In this document: in pieces, positions 1 through 8,916 of the stretch
Layout: each line of letters opens with the position of its first letter
Position numbering within the stretch: the first letter of the stretch is position 1
Assembly (NCBI GenBank): GCA_963727445.1
Contig: CAVSGI010000020.1
Location: 256,001-320,000, forward strand
DNA: 64,000 nt
Reading direction: 5' to 3'
Source of the DNA: an uncultured delta proteobacterium
GTDB lineage: Bacteria > Myxococcota_A > Polyangia > Polyangiales > B10-G4
Position numbers and translations under genes: made by a program
Notes under the pieces: model-generated
What the model was told of the DNA's origin: nothing
The model's database searches: none
Seen by the model: only the letters and a program-made list of their open reading frames with translations

Positions 1-496
1 GCGCCACCGCCAGCTCGGAGGCCTCTTCGCGCACCTTGTCGGCGATCTTCGGCGGCCCAGCGTTCAGGAGCTTCCTGGTGTAGCTCTTCTCCTCGCTCCC
101 CGCGTCCCTTCGCGCCTCGAGCGTCCGCCCGAGGCGGAAGAGGGTCGGACCCGCGTGACCCTCTGTCGCGCCCGCGAGGCGCTCGAAGAAGCACGTCCGC
201 TCGCCCGTGTGGCAGGAGGGGCCGCGGGCGTCGGCGAGATAGATGAGGGCGTCGCGGTCGCAGTCGACCCAGACCTCGGCGACCGCGAGGGTGTTGCCGC
301 TGCTCTCGCCCTTCTTCCAGAGGCTCTGGCGCGAGCGGCTGAAGAAATGGGCGAGGCCGGTGGAGAGGGTGAGCTCCACCGCTTCTCGGTTGGCGTGCGC
401 GACCATCCGCACCTCGCCCCCGAAGCGCGATTGCACGACGACGGTGACCAGGCCCGCACCATCGAAGGCGAGGTCCCACGCGGTCGCCTCGGACAT
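1..496 (-). CDS. hisIE: Bifunctional phosphoribosyl-AMP cyclohydrolase / phosphoribosyl-ATP pyrophosphatase; 3' end runs off the window
   Basis: Not in the ORF track. Manual translation from ATG 496 gives FFSRSRQSLWKKGESSGN, DCDRDAL and GPSCHTGERTCFF (HisI), then KSYTRKLL...KIADKVREEASE (HisE). The start overlaps the upstream TGA. Confidence 0.93.
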   Translation of the reverse strand, partial: MSEATAWDLAFDGAGLVTVVVQSRFGGEVRMVAHANREAVELTLSTGLAHFFSRSRQSLWKKGESSGNTLAVAEVWVDCDRDALIYLADARGPSCHTGERTCFFERLAGATEGHAGPTLFRLGRTLEARRDAGSEEKSYTRKLLNAGPPKIADKVREEASELAVA

Positions 497-1308
497 CAGC
501 CTTCCTCGCCCTCGGGCGCCATCGGCACCGGCGCGAGGTCCGGCGGGATCCGCACGTGGAAGTGGAAACGATGCAGGTCGTTGTGCCCCTGCATGGCCCG
601 GCCGAACTCCGAATGCCAGCCCTGCGCGTCGTACCAACGCTCGAAGCGCGCCTGCACGTCGTCGTCGTTGTAGTAGATACGCACCCGCCCGTCGGCGCAG
701 GTCGCGAGGATCTTCGCGAGCGTCAGCACACGCGCACGATGCATTCGCCGCTGAAGCGGCGTGAGCTCCGCGTAGTTCTCGACGAACTCGTGCGAGCCCA
801 GGTTCTCCACTTCCATCGCTCCGGGGAGGTAGAGGTCGATGTCGACGCCGTCGTCGTGCGAGTTGTGCCGTGGCCCGGGTGCGTCGAGGTCGCCGATGGC
901 GAGGGTCTCGCCGGGAAACTGGCGCGCGTACTCGTCGGCTACCGCGAGCGCGAGGCTCACCAGGGCGGGACGAGCGCTGCGACTGTCGGCCGTCGTGTTG
1001 CGCCAGATGGTGAAGGTGTGACCCACGGCGCGAGGCTCCGGCATCTGCCATCGGCAGCTGGGGTAGGGCCGGCCCGCGTCGCACCCGTTGGTGTGTGCGA
1101 TCGCGACGCGCGGCACTCTGCAGCGGATCTCGTCCTCGGGCATCGGCGGCAGCGGCGGAGGCAGCTCCGTCGGCGCGGTCGTGAGCGCGGGCTCGGGGCG
1201 CGTGGCGGCATGTGCGGGGGCGGGGGCGGTGGCCATCCGCTCCGCCCAGAGAAACCCGGGAGCAAAGAGGGCCGCCAGAAATACGGCGAGCTTCACGCCC
1301 CGTGACAT
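496..1308 (-). CDS. Exported MepA-like (peptidase M74, LAS family) murein endopeptidase
   Basis: Signal peptide, Pro-rich linker, HNSHDDGVDID motif and C-terminal HFHVRI (HxH zinc ligand). Confidence 0.7.
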   Translation of the reverse strand: MSRGVKLAVFLAALFAPGFLWAERMATAPAPAHAATRPEPALTTAPTELPPPLPPMPEDEIRCRVPRVAIAHTNGCDAGRPYPSCRWQMPEPRAVGHTFTIWRNTTADSRSARPALVSLALAVADEYARQFPGETLAIGDLDAPGPRHNSHDDGVDIDLYLPGAMEVENLGSHEFVENYAELTPLQRRMHRARVLTLAKILATCADGRVRIYYNDDDVQARFERWYDAQGWHSEFGRAMQGHNDLHRFHFHVRIPPDLAPVPMAPEGEEG

Positions 1309-1353
1309 CCCCCGGATCTTACCGATCCCAAAGGCCCCGCGGCCAAAAAGCCG

Positions 1354-2223
1354 TCATCCCTCGTCAGGAGTCGGTTCGCCCGACCACCAGCGGCCGTTCG
1401 ACAGCACGAAGCGGGTCGGGCCGGGGATCCGCTGCTCCGGCACCGGATGGCCGGGCGCACCGGGAAGGAGCAGCGACCACTTTCCACCCTCGTCCGAAAA
1501 CACGGGCTCGACCACCGGCGGCGTTCGCTCCGAGGCCTCGCGGATCACTTCGTCGATGTCCGTGAAGAGCGCCAGCATCTCGAGGCTTCGCATCGTGGGC
1601 GGAGGCAGCTGGATCTCGCCGCGCGATTCGCGCGCGAGCGCTTCGGAGGGTCGAAGCCATGCGCTCTCGGTGGTCTCGCGTTGGTCGTGGGCAGCGAGCT
1701 GTCCTTCGGGAGCGCGCGCCAAGAAGAAACGCGCGTCGTACCGCCGCGGCTCCACCACGGGTGTCACCCATCGCGTCCACGGTGTGAGTCGCGTCAGATC
1801 GAGGACGGCGCCCAGCCCTTCGATCACCCGAGCGAAGGGGGCGCCGCCTTCGAGCGTCGCGCGCGCCTTGTCGAGCGCCGCGATGTCCACGTCCTCTGCG
1901 AGGAGCACGCCGGCCTCCTCGAAGGTCTCGCGGACGGCAGCGACGTACAGACCGACGGCGCGCTGGGGGTCGGCGGGCTCACCCAGCGCTCGGGCCGCGT
2001 CCTGTTCCGATAGGCCCGAGGTGCGTTCGAGGATCTCGGGTGCCGAGTCCTCGGCGTCGAGCTTGCCCCCGGGGAAGACGTAGGCCCCTCCCATGAAGGC
2101 GCTGTTCTTGTGGCGCTTCACCATGAAGACGGAGAATTCCTCGTCTTCTTCCCGCAGAACGACCACCGTCGCCGCGTCGCGGGGCGCCGCGGGCTCTCGA
2201 TCGGGCTCGATCTCGAGGGCCAT
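1354..2223 (-). CDS. NUDIX hydrolase (NUDT19-like acyl-CoA diphosphatase type)
   Basis: ATG 2223; RDAATVVVLR, FMGGAYVFPGGKLD, AAVRETFEEAG, RWVTP..EPRRYDARFF. Confidence 0.85.
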   Translation of the reverse strand: MALEIEPDREPAAPRDAATVVVLREEDEEFSVFMVKRHKNSAFMGGAYVFPGGKLDAEDSAPEILERTSGLSEQDAARALGEPADPQRAVGLYVAAVRETFEEAGVLLAEDVDIAALDKARATLEGGAPFARVIEGLGAVLDLTRLTPWTRWVTPVVEPRRYDARFFLARAPEGQLAAHDQRETTESAWLRPSEALARESRGEIQLPPPTMRSLEMLALFTDIDEVIREASERTPPVVEPVFSDEGGKWSLLLPGAPGHPVPEQRIPGPTRFVLSNGRWWSGEPTPDEG

Positions 2224-2240
2224 GGGCAGGGGCCCGGGGC

Positions 2241-3074
2241 TCAGTCCTTGTGCAGGACGCGGGTGGTCGGCACGCCGATGGCGGTGGCCAGACGGGCGAT
2301 GGTCTCGAGGGAGGGGGTGTGCCTCCCCGCCTCGACCCGGGCGATGTTGGGCCGATGAATTCCGGTGCGCCGGGCCAGCTCGGCCTGGGTGAGGCCGGCC
2401 TCGAGGCGCAGCTCGCGGATGCGCTTGCCCAGCCGCTCGCCGTCGACGGGAATGCGACCGTTGCCGCTGTCGCCTTCGCGAATGCGTCGCGCCACGTCGG
2501 CGGCGTCGAGCGCGAGCTCGCGTCCGCTGTCGAAGGCGAGCGATGCGCTGCGCGCATCTTCCGAGATCTCGATGCTGGTGATCGCCGAGGAGTCGTCGGC
2601 TTCGTCGAGGGGGCGCGCGATGAGCGCGGAGCGTCCGTCTCCGAGGATCGCGAGCAGCTCGCCCGGTCGCGGAGACAGCGTCACGAACTCGAAGCGGTAG
2701 GCGCGATCCTTGTCGAGCTGTCGCGAGAGCAGCTGGCAGATGCGCGCGACGTCGCCATCGCTCCGAGCGATGAGGCCGGGACACATCTCTTCGAGGAGGT
2801 CGTCGACTTCTTCGGCGTCCGAGTCGCGCTGCACCGCGACGCGACCACCCATGGCGCGAGCGAAGCCGACCGCGGAGAGGAGCTCGTCCTCGTCGTTTTC
2901 ATAACGCTTCGACGCGGCGTCGAAGATGATCGCCTGACCGCGCTGCATCGCGGAGGCGAGAGCGGACGGTTTGGTCACCGTCGGCTCGAGCGCGAACTGC
3001 GCGCACGCGGGACCCCAGACGGGCTCGAAGCCCGCACGGTCGGTGATCAGCAGCACGTTCGCACTCGACATCAT
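2241..3074 (-). CDS. XRE-family HTH transcriptional regulator (C-terminal HTH, unknown N-terminal domains)
   Basis: C-terminal LGKRIRELRLEAGLTQAELARRTGIHRPNIARVEAGRHTPSLETIARLA; GGAGG RBS upstream. Confidence 0.85.
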   Translation of the reverse strand: MMSSANVLLITDRAGFEPVWGPACAQFALEPTVTKPSALASAMQRGQAIIFDAASKRYENDEDELLSAVGFARAMGGRVAVQRDSDAEEVDDLLEEMCPGLIARSDGDVARICQLLSRQLDKDRAYRFEFVTLSPRPGELLAILGDGRSALIARPLDEADDSSAITSIEISEDARSASLAFDSGRELALDAADVARRIREGDSGNGRIPVDGERLGKRIRELRLEAGLTQAELARRTGIHRPNIARVEAGRHTPSLETIARLATAIGVPTTRVLHKD

Positions 3075-3412
3075 CCCTCCAACCGAAAACGAGAATCAGA
3101 TGTATATCAGAGCCGAACGTTCGCTCAAGGGTGTTCCATCGACCAGTGGATTGACGGCGTGCTTGGTGATCGCGTCGTCGTGCCCGACGCTTTGGCGTCA
3201 GCGTGGATGTTTGCACGGGTGGGTGGTGTGCGAAAATCGCACCGCGCAGTGTGGCACAACGCGCACCCTCGCCCGATCGCGCTGCGTGGCACACACGTTC
3301 GCGACGGATTGAATCAGCCAGCGAGCACGCTCAGCCATCCTCTGCCTCCCGAATCGGCAGGGGGCCTGAGCCATGGCCGCACGTCCTCTGGCCACGGGTG
3401 GCGGGATCCCGG

Positions 3413-3441
3413 TTGACACCCCCTGGGCCCCCTGCTACCTG
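3413..3441 (+). promoter_or_regulatory. Probable sigma70-type promoter of the prs operon
   Basis: Perfect TTGACA at 3413-3418, 17-nt spacer, imperfect extended -10 TG-C-TACCTG. Confidence 0.5.
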
Positions 3442-3510
3442 CTCGCTCCCCCCGGAAGCGGTTTTTCGGGGGATTTCGTATCTATAGACGGCTCTCTTCG
3501 GGAGGCGGGT

Positions 3511-4452
3511 GTGTTCAAATCGATTTGCATCTTCTCGGGCAATGCACACGCCGAGCTTGCGGAGAGCATCGCGAGCTACCTCGAGGTGCCCCTGGGCCGT
3601 GCGCGTGTGTCGCGCTTCTCCGACGGTGAGGTCTTCACCGAGATCAAGGAGAACGTCCGCGGGGTGGACGTCTACGTGATCCAGCCCACGGCGCCGCCGG
3701 TCAACGACAACCTGATGGAGTTGCTCGTGATGATCGACGCACTCAAGCGCGCATCCGCTGGTTCCATCACCGCGGTCATCCCCTATTACGGTTACGCGCG
3801 GCAGGATCGGAAGGTCGCTCCGCGGACGCCGATCACCGCCAAGCTGGTGGCCGACCTCTTGAGTGGTGCGGGCGCCGACCGCGTGGTGTCGATGGACCTC
3901 CACGCAGGGCAGATTCAGGGCTTCTTCAACGTGCCCTTCGATCACCTCTACGCGATGCCGGTCTTCCTCGAGTACCTCCAGCCGAAGTTCCCGACGCCGC
4001 CGGTCATGGTCAGCCCCGATGCCGGGGGCGTGGAGCGGACGCGCGCCTACGCCAAGCGCCTCAAGGCGGACCTCGCCATCATCGACAAGCGTCGCGAGAA
4101 GGCGAACGTCAGCGAGGTCATGCACATCATCGGTGAGGTCGAGGGTCGCGACTGCGTCCTGCTCGACGACATGATCGACACCGCGGGCACCATGACCACC
4201 GCGGCTCGGGTCCTGATGGAGAGGGGTGCCAAGAGCGTGTGCGCCGCCGCCACCCACGGCGTCCTCAGCGGTCCGGCCATCGACCGCATCCTCGATTCGC
4301 CCTTGAGCGAGGTGATCGTGACGGACACGATCCCGCTCCCCGGTCCCGCCGCGGAATCGGGGAAGTTCAAGGTGCTCTCGGTCGCGCGCATCCTCGGCGA
4401 GGCGATCAAGCGGATCCACAACAGCGACTCGGTGAGCTCGCTGTTCGTTTGA
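3511..4452 (+). CDS. prs: Ribose-phosphate pyrophosphokinase
   Basis: [39 protein letters not shown] 3511 follows GGAGG. Confidence 0.97.
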   Translation: MFKSICIFSGNAHAELAESIASYLEVPLGRARVSRFSDGEVFTEIKENVRGVDVYVIQPTAPPVNDNLMELLVMIDALKRASAGSITAVIPYYGYARQDRKVAPRTPITAKLVADLLSGAGADRVVSMDLHAGQIQGFFNVPFDHLYAMPVFLEYLQPKFPTPPVMVSPDAGGVERTRAYAKRLKADLAIIDKRREKANVSEVMHIIGEVEGRDCVLLDDMIDTAGTMTTAARVLMERGAKSVCAAATHGVLSGPAIDRILDSPLSEVIVTDTIPLPGPAAESGKFKVLSVARILGEAIKRIHNSDSVSSLFV

Positions 4453-4471
4453 CGAATAGGAAACGATAGAA

Positions 4472-5098
4472 ATGGAAAAGCAGACGCTACAGGTTGAGGT
4501 CCGCGAGACGAGCGGAAAGGGGCCAGCGCGTCAGCTTCGTGCCCAGGGCAAGATCCCTGCCGTGTTCTACGGCGCGGGCGTGGATACGACGAAGCTGTCC
4601 CTGTCTCCGAAGGCTCTTCTCAAGGCCCTCGAGACCCCCCAAAAGCAGAACGTGGTGCTCTCGCTGGATGTCGGCGGCACCGCGCATCTGGCCATGGTCA
4701 AGGACATCGCGGTTCACCCCGTGACGCGCCAGCCGCTTCACGTGGACCTCTACAAGGTCACGGAGGACCGGCCGGTCGATGTTCACGTGCCGGTGGCCAC
4801 CAAGGGACGCCCGGTTGGCGTGCAGAAGGGCGGCCAGCTCCAGGTCGTCTTCCGCGACCTGCCGGTCAGGACCACCCCGAACAGGATCCCGTCCGTCATC
4901 GAGATCGACGTGGCCAACATGGACATCGGCGACATCCTCACGGTGGCGGATCTCCCGCTCGACGAGGGCGTCTCGGTCCAGTTCAAGCCCGATCGCCGGG
5001 TCGTCCTGGTGACCGAGCCCAAGCGGGTGGTCGAGGAGAAGACCGACGAGGCAGAGGCCGCGGGCGGTGCTGCACCGGCCGCGCCGGCTGCGGGCTGA
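4472..5098 (+). CDS. rplY: 50S ribosomal protein L25/Ctc
   Basis: GKGPARQLRAQGKIPAVFYG, HPVTRQPLHVDLY, C-terminal beta domain; conserved prs-rplY-pth order. Confidence 0.95.
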   Translation: MEKQTLQVEVRETSGKGPARQLRAQGKIPAVFYGAGVDTTKLSLSPKALLKALETPQKQNVVLSLDVGGTAHLAMVKDIAVHPVTRQPLHVDLYKVTEDRPVDVHVPVATKGRPVGVQKGGQLQVVFRDLPVRTTPNRIPSVIEIDVANMDIGDILTVADLPLDEGVSVQFKPDRRVVLVTEPKRVVEEKTDEAEAAGGAAPAAPAAG

Positions 5099-5113
5099 TC
5101 CCGGAGCGTCTCG

Positions 5114-5710
5114 GTGCACCTCGTCGCCGGCCTCGGGAATCCGGGGACGAAATACGCCGGCAATCGTCACAACGTCGGCTTCATGGTGGTCGACGCCCTG
5201 GCTGACCGCTGGTCCGCGCCTGCTCTCCGCGACAAGTTCAAAGGAGAGTTCGCGAAGGCGGACTTCGGCGGCCGGGACGTCGTGCTGCTCAAGCCGATGA
5301 CCTACATGAACCTGAGCGGAGAGTCCGTTCAGCCGGCCATGAAGTTCTTCAAGGTCGCCCTCGGCGGCGTGGTCGTCGTCCACGACGAGCTGGACCTGCC
5401 TTTCGGCGAGGTGCGCATCAAGGTGGGAGGCGGCGCCGCGGGCCACAACGGGCTCAAGAGCATCATCCAGCACGGGGGTGGCAACGGCTTCGTGCGGGTG
5501 CGGGTCGGCATCGGCCGGCCGCGCTCGGGTGCAGTGGAGGGGTACGTCCTCAGTGATTTCGCGGCGATCGAGCGGGCGGAGCTCCCCGACGTCCTCGACC
5601 GAGCGGCCCTCGCGGTGGAGGGCATCCTCCGCGACGGGCCTCAGAAAGCCATGAACCGGCTTCACGCCAAGAAGAAGAGCAAGGCGGAAAAGGCCGAGGG
5701 CGCTGGCTGA
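5114..5710 (+). CDS. pth: Peptidyl-tRNA hydrolase
   Basis: GLGNPG..Y...RHNVGF, KPMTYMNLSG, HDELDL, GHNGLKS, RVRVGIGRP. Confidence 0.97.
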   Translation: MHLVAGLGNPGTKYAGNRHNVGFMVVDALADRWSAPALRDKFKGEFAKADFGGRDVVLLKPMTYMNLSGESVQPAMKFFKVALGGVVVVHDELDLPFGEVRIKVGGGAAGHNGLKSIIQHGGGNGFVRVRVGIGRPRSGAVEGYVLSDFAAIERAELPDVLDRAALAVEGILRDGPQKAMNRLHAKKKSKAEKAEGAG

Positions 5711-5738
5711 CCCCGAAGGAACCTGCTAAACGACCCGC

Positions 5739-5781
5739 CTTCCTCGCTCCGGCCACCCGCCGGGGCCGAAAGTCCAGGAGG
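5739..5781 (+). promoter_or_regulatory. S6:S18 ribosomal-protein leader (cis-regulatory RNA)
   Basis: CTTCCT (5739-5744) pairs with the SD AGGAGG (5776-5781). Inner stem CTCCGGC/GCCGGGG (5747-5765) is followed by an unpaired CCG (5766-5768), directly upstream of rpsF. Confidence 0.7.
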
Positions 5782-5788
5782 ACACGAC

Positions 5789-6463
5789 ATGACTCAGCTA
5801 GCAGCGAGCGGCTCCGCCCGCCCGCGATTTCACGAATACGAGACCATCTACATCCTGAAGCCCACCACGCCCCCCAGCGATGCGGAGAAGGTGTCGGGTC
5901 GGGTGCAGGAGGTCGTCGCGCGACTCGGCGGGACGATCGTTCAGGTCGACAACTGGGGCAAGCGCCGGCTCGCCTATCTCATCGAGAAGAACAGCCGCGG
6001 CATCTTCGTCTACGTCCGCTACGTGGGGAAGAACGACCTGGTGGCCGAGCTCGAGCGCAACCTGCGCCTCCTCGATCCGGTGCTCCGTTATCAGACGATC
6101 AAGGTTCAGGACGGCGTCGACCCGAGCGGCTACGCGGTCGATCCCGAAGAGGTGAAGTTCGTCGCGGTGGAGATCACCGAGGACGAGGACGAGGACGAGG
6201 ACGACCGCCTGGGTCTGAGTGGCTCCGACGACTCCGACGATTCGGACGACGACTCCGACGATTCGGATGACGACTCCGACGATTCGGATGACGACTCCGA
6301 CGACTCGGACGACTCGGACGACTCGGATTCGGGCGACGATTCCGACGACGCGGGCTCGGACGATTCGGACGATTCGGACTCGGACGACGACTCGGACGAC
6401 TCGGGCGACTCGGATTCGGATGACGACTCCGACGACGACAGCAAGGGTGGCGACGATGAGTGA
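5789..6463 (+). CDS. rpsF: 30S ribosomal protein S6 with long Asp/Ser acidic tail
   Basis: [30 protein letters not shown]; context with rpsR and rplI. Confidence 0.95.
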   Translation: MTQLAASGSARPRFHEYETIYILKPTTPPSDAEKVSGRVQEVVARLGGTIVQVDNWGKRRLAYLIEKNSRGIFVYVRYVGKNDLVAELERNLRLLDPVLRYQTIKVQDGVDPSGYAVDPEEVKFVAVEITEDEDEDEDDRLGLSGSDDSDDSDDDSDDSDDDSDDSDDDSDDSDDSDDSDSGDDSDDAGSDDSDDSDSDDDSDDSGDSDSDDDSDDDSKGGDDE

Positions 6464-6767
6464 TCTCAAGCTTTCGAAGTCCGGCGCCGAGAAGGGCGCC
6501 ATCGTGCGCGAGGCGCGTTCCGATGCCGATCCGCTCGGCCTTCGCCGCAAGCGCGGCGGCAAGAAGCGTGCGCCCTCCTTCACCCAGGAGCCCGGGTTCA
6601 ACTTCGACTACAAGGACCCGCAGCAGCTCCGCTACTTCATCACCGAGCGTGGGAAGATCGTTCCCCGGCGCATCAGCGGCCTGACCGCGAAGCAGCAGCG
6701 GGAGCTCACCCTCGCCATCAAGCGTGCGCGCAACATCGCGCTCCTGCCCTACACCGCGACGAAGTGA
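6456..6767 (+). CDS. rpsR: 30S ribosomal protein S18
   Basis: [41 protein letters not shown] 6456 overlaps the rpsF 3' end. Confidence 0.96.
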   Translation: MSDLKLSKSGAEKGAIVREARSDADPLGLRRKRGGKKRAPSFTQEPGFNFDYKDPQQLRYFITERGKIVPRRISGLTAKQQRELTLAIKRARNIALLPYTATK

Positions 6768-6774
6768 GAAGAAG

Positions 6775-7236
6775 ATGGCTACCAACATCCAGGTCGTCCT
6801 TCGCGAGGACGTAGACAACCTCGGGACGTCCGGGCAGATCGTGAAGGTCCGCCCGGGCTACGCCCGCAACTACCTGATCCCCCGGGGCAAGGCCGTCATG
6901 GCCACGCGCGCCAACCTCGCCCAGGCGGAGCATGAGCGTCGTCTCGCGCTCGGCCGGCTCGAGAAGGAGCGTCAGGCGGCGGAGGAGCAGGCGAAGATCG
7001 TCAAGGGCCTGACGGTTCAGATCGCCAAGGAGGCCGGCGAAGAGGGCAAGCTCTTCGGTTCGGTCACCGCGCAGGAGGTCGTCGAGGCTCTGGCGCGCAA
7101 GGACGTGACCATCGACCGCAAGAAGATCATCATGCCCGACGAAGCGATCAAGAAGACGGGCGACTACGAGCTCTTCGTGAAGTTCCCCGCCGGCGTGAAG
7201 GCCCCCTTCGGCCTCACCGTCGTGACCAAGTCCTGA
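6775..7236 (+). CDS. rplI: 50S ribosomal protein L9
   Basis: VKVRPGYARNYLIPRGKA and GKLFGSVT. Confidence 0.97.
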   Translation: MATNIQVVLREDVDNLGTSGQIVKVRPGYARNYLIPRGKAVMATRANLAQAEHERRLALGRLEKERQAAEEQAKIVKGLTVQIAKEAGEEGKLFGSVTAQEVVEALARKDVTIDRKKIIMPDEAIKKTGDYELFVKFPAGVKAPFGLTVVTKS

Positions 7237-7257
7237 ATCGGATCGGTCGTGTCGCAC

Positions 7258-7296
7258 GAGCCCGCTCGGCCCCGGCCGAGCGGGCTCTTCGCATTT
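7258..7296 (+). terminator. Probable intrinsic terminator of the ribosomal operon
   Basis: 13-bp perfect stem GAGCCCGCTCGGC/GCCGAGCGGGCTC, 4-nt loop, weak U-tract TTCGCATTT. Confidence 0.75.
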
Positions 7297-7315
7297 GTGG
7301 TCCCATATCGGTGGG

Positions 7316-8686
7316 ATGACGTCCTGTGATTGCGCGAAGTTGACGGCGCACCCGATCGAGCGGGTGGATCAGGCACCGACGGGCACGGCGCTGGATGCGA
7401 TTATCGAGCGTTCCGAGAGGGTCGCCTTCGAGCGCTTCCGGTGGCGCTCGGTTTATCGCTGCCGCGCGTGCGGGCAGCTCTGGGGGGAGCACGCGTGGTC
7501 ATCCGGGCCGATGGACGTGTTCTATCTCTTTCCGATCGAGACCGATGACCCGGTCCGTTGGGCAAGAGAGTCGGAGGACGCGCTGGACCCGCCGGCGCGG
7601 GGACGGGCGAACCGGAAGAAGAGGAGGAAGAAACGGGCGAAGTACGAAGAGGCGGCGGCACCTTCGTCCGAGCTCGGAAAGCCCTCGGAGCCGACGACGC
7701 TGGGGATCACCGAAGAGAACATTCCCGCGAATCCCGACAAGCCCCACCACCGACCTCTGGTTCGGGTGCCCATCGTCACGCCCTTCGCGCAGCTCGAGCG
7801 GCCGACCGGGATGGTCCGACACGACGGGGCGGGGATGAACGTGCTCGGGCCGGTGCGGAGGGTGATCTTCGGGCCCGGAGCAGAACGCTTCGCTTTCGTC
7901 GTGGGTTCGTCCCACGTGGCGGTGGCCGACGATACCCTCGAGCGAGTGCTGGTGGTCGCGTCCTTCGACGCGAATCGGCAGCCCGTACGGTCCCTCGGCT
8001 TCGATACGTCGGGCGGGGTGCTCGCGATCGGGACGGGTGCCGCGTACGAAGTGCGTGACGTTGGCCCTGTCGCGCACGGATGTGGGTGGAGCGCCCGCCG
8101 CGTGAGCGACGGCGAGGTTCTCGAAGCGCACGAGACCGAGGAGCCGGTCGAGGAGCTCTCGCCGGCTTTCGCTCATGGCGATCGAGCACCTCTCGACGTG
8201 ACCGAGCACGAAGCGGATGGACTCGTGTTGAAGTGGGGCGCGAGGAGCGGCGACATTCTCTCGACCTGGCGCGAGGGGCATCGCATCGGCGAATTGGTGG
8301 TGGAGAGCTGGGCCGAAGAGCCGCCGCGCATCGACAGCGGAGGCCGGCGCGTCTGGACCTTCGCTCACGGGCGCACCACGGTGTTCGACGTCGCGAGCGG
8401 TGCCGTGCTCTTTCACGGGGCAGAGCCACCGGCGGAGCTGAGCCCGCCCGAGCGGGATGAACGCCGCGGCCTGCGCGTGCGCGATCGAGAGACGAAGGTC
8501 GCCGCGTTGGGCGCGCAGATCACCGTGCGCGCGACGCGGCACGCGCTCGCGATCTACCGCGGCGCCGACCGGCGTCCCGCGGCGTGGGCCAGGGTCCACA
8601 CCCAGGTCCTGGCGCTCTCCGAAGACGAGCGCTTCCTCGTCGCCGGTGGGCCGCGCCGCTATCTGGTCTTCGACCTCGCGGGCTGA
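7316..8686 (+). CDS. Hypothetical protein with N-terminal Cys motifs and a WD40-like beta-propeller region
   Basis: CDC...CRAC, basic stretch RKKRRKKRAK, blade-like segments (VRSLGFDTSGGVLAIG, LALSEDERFLVAGG). Confidence 0.6.
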   Translation: MTSCDCAKLTAHPIERVDQAPTGTALDAIIERSERVAFERFRWRSVYRCRACGQLWGEHAWSSGPMDVFYLFPIETDDPVRWARESEDALDPPARGRANRKKRRKKRAKYEEAAAPSSELGKPSEPTTLGITEENIPANPDKPHHRPLVRVPIVTPFAQLERPTGMVRHDGAGMNVLGPVRRVIFGPGAERFAFVVGSSHVAVADDTLERVLVVASFDANRQPVRSLGFDTSGGVLAIGTGAAYEVRDVGPVAHGCGWSARRVSDGEVLEAHETEEPVEELSPAFAHGDRAPLDVTEHEADGLVLKWGARSGDILSTWREGHRIGELVVESWAEEPPRIDSGGRRVWTFAHGRTTVFDVASGAVLFHGAEPPAELSPPERDERRGLRVRDRETKVAALGAQITVRATRHALAIYRGADRRPAAWARVHTQVLALSEDERFLVAGGPRRYLVFDLAG

Positions 8687-8699
8687 GCCCTCAGCGGTA

Positions 8700-8895
8700 T
8701 TCGGGTGTGGGGAGCATCGACACAATCGTGTTCGGCCTGGCGGACGAAGCTCCCGAGATGGAGGGCGACGTCCGGGCGACCGCGGGGCGAGGGGGCGACG
8801 AGGCGCGCGTCCCCTCCGAGGCTGTCGAAGCGGGCGACGAGGTCGTCGCCAAAGTGTGCGCTGAAGGCGTTCGGGCGGCGCTGGGAGCGCTCGCC
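8700..8895 (-). pseudogene. Probable gene remnant of an uncharacterised family (recalled as DUF6940-like)
   Basis: Minus frame reads AFSAHF..LVARFDSLGGDARLVAPSP...HLGSFVR, resembling the middle of that family; both ends are missing. Confidence 0.35.
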
Positions 8896-8916
8896 CGCGT
8901 CTGTCATCCTGCCAGC

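Noticed and set aside
3287..3302. TGGCACACACGTTCGC as a sigma54 promoter
   Set aside because: The GC is one base out of register with the GG.
3075..3510. tRNA-Gln often found upstream of prs
   Set aside because: No cloverleaf, TTCGA T-loop or CCA end found.
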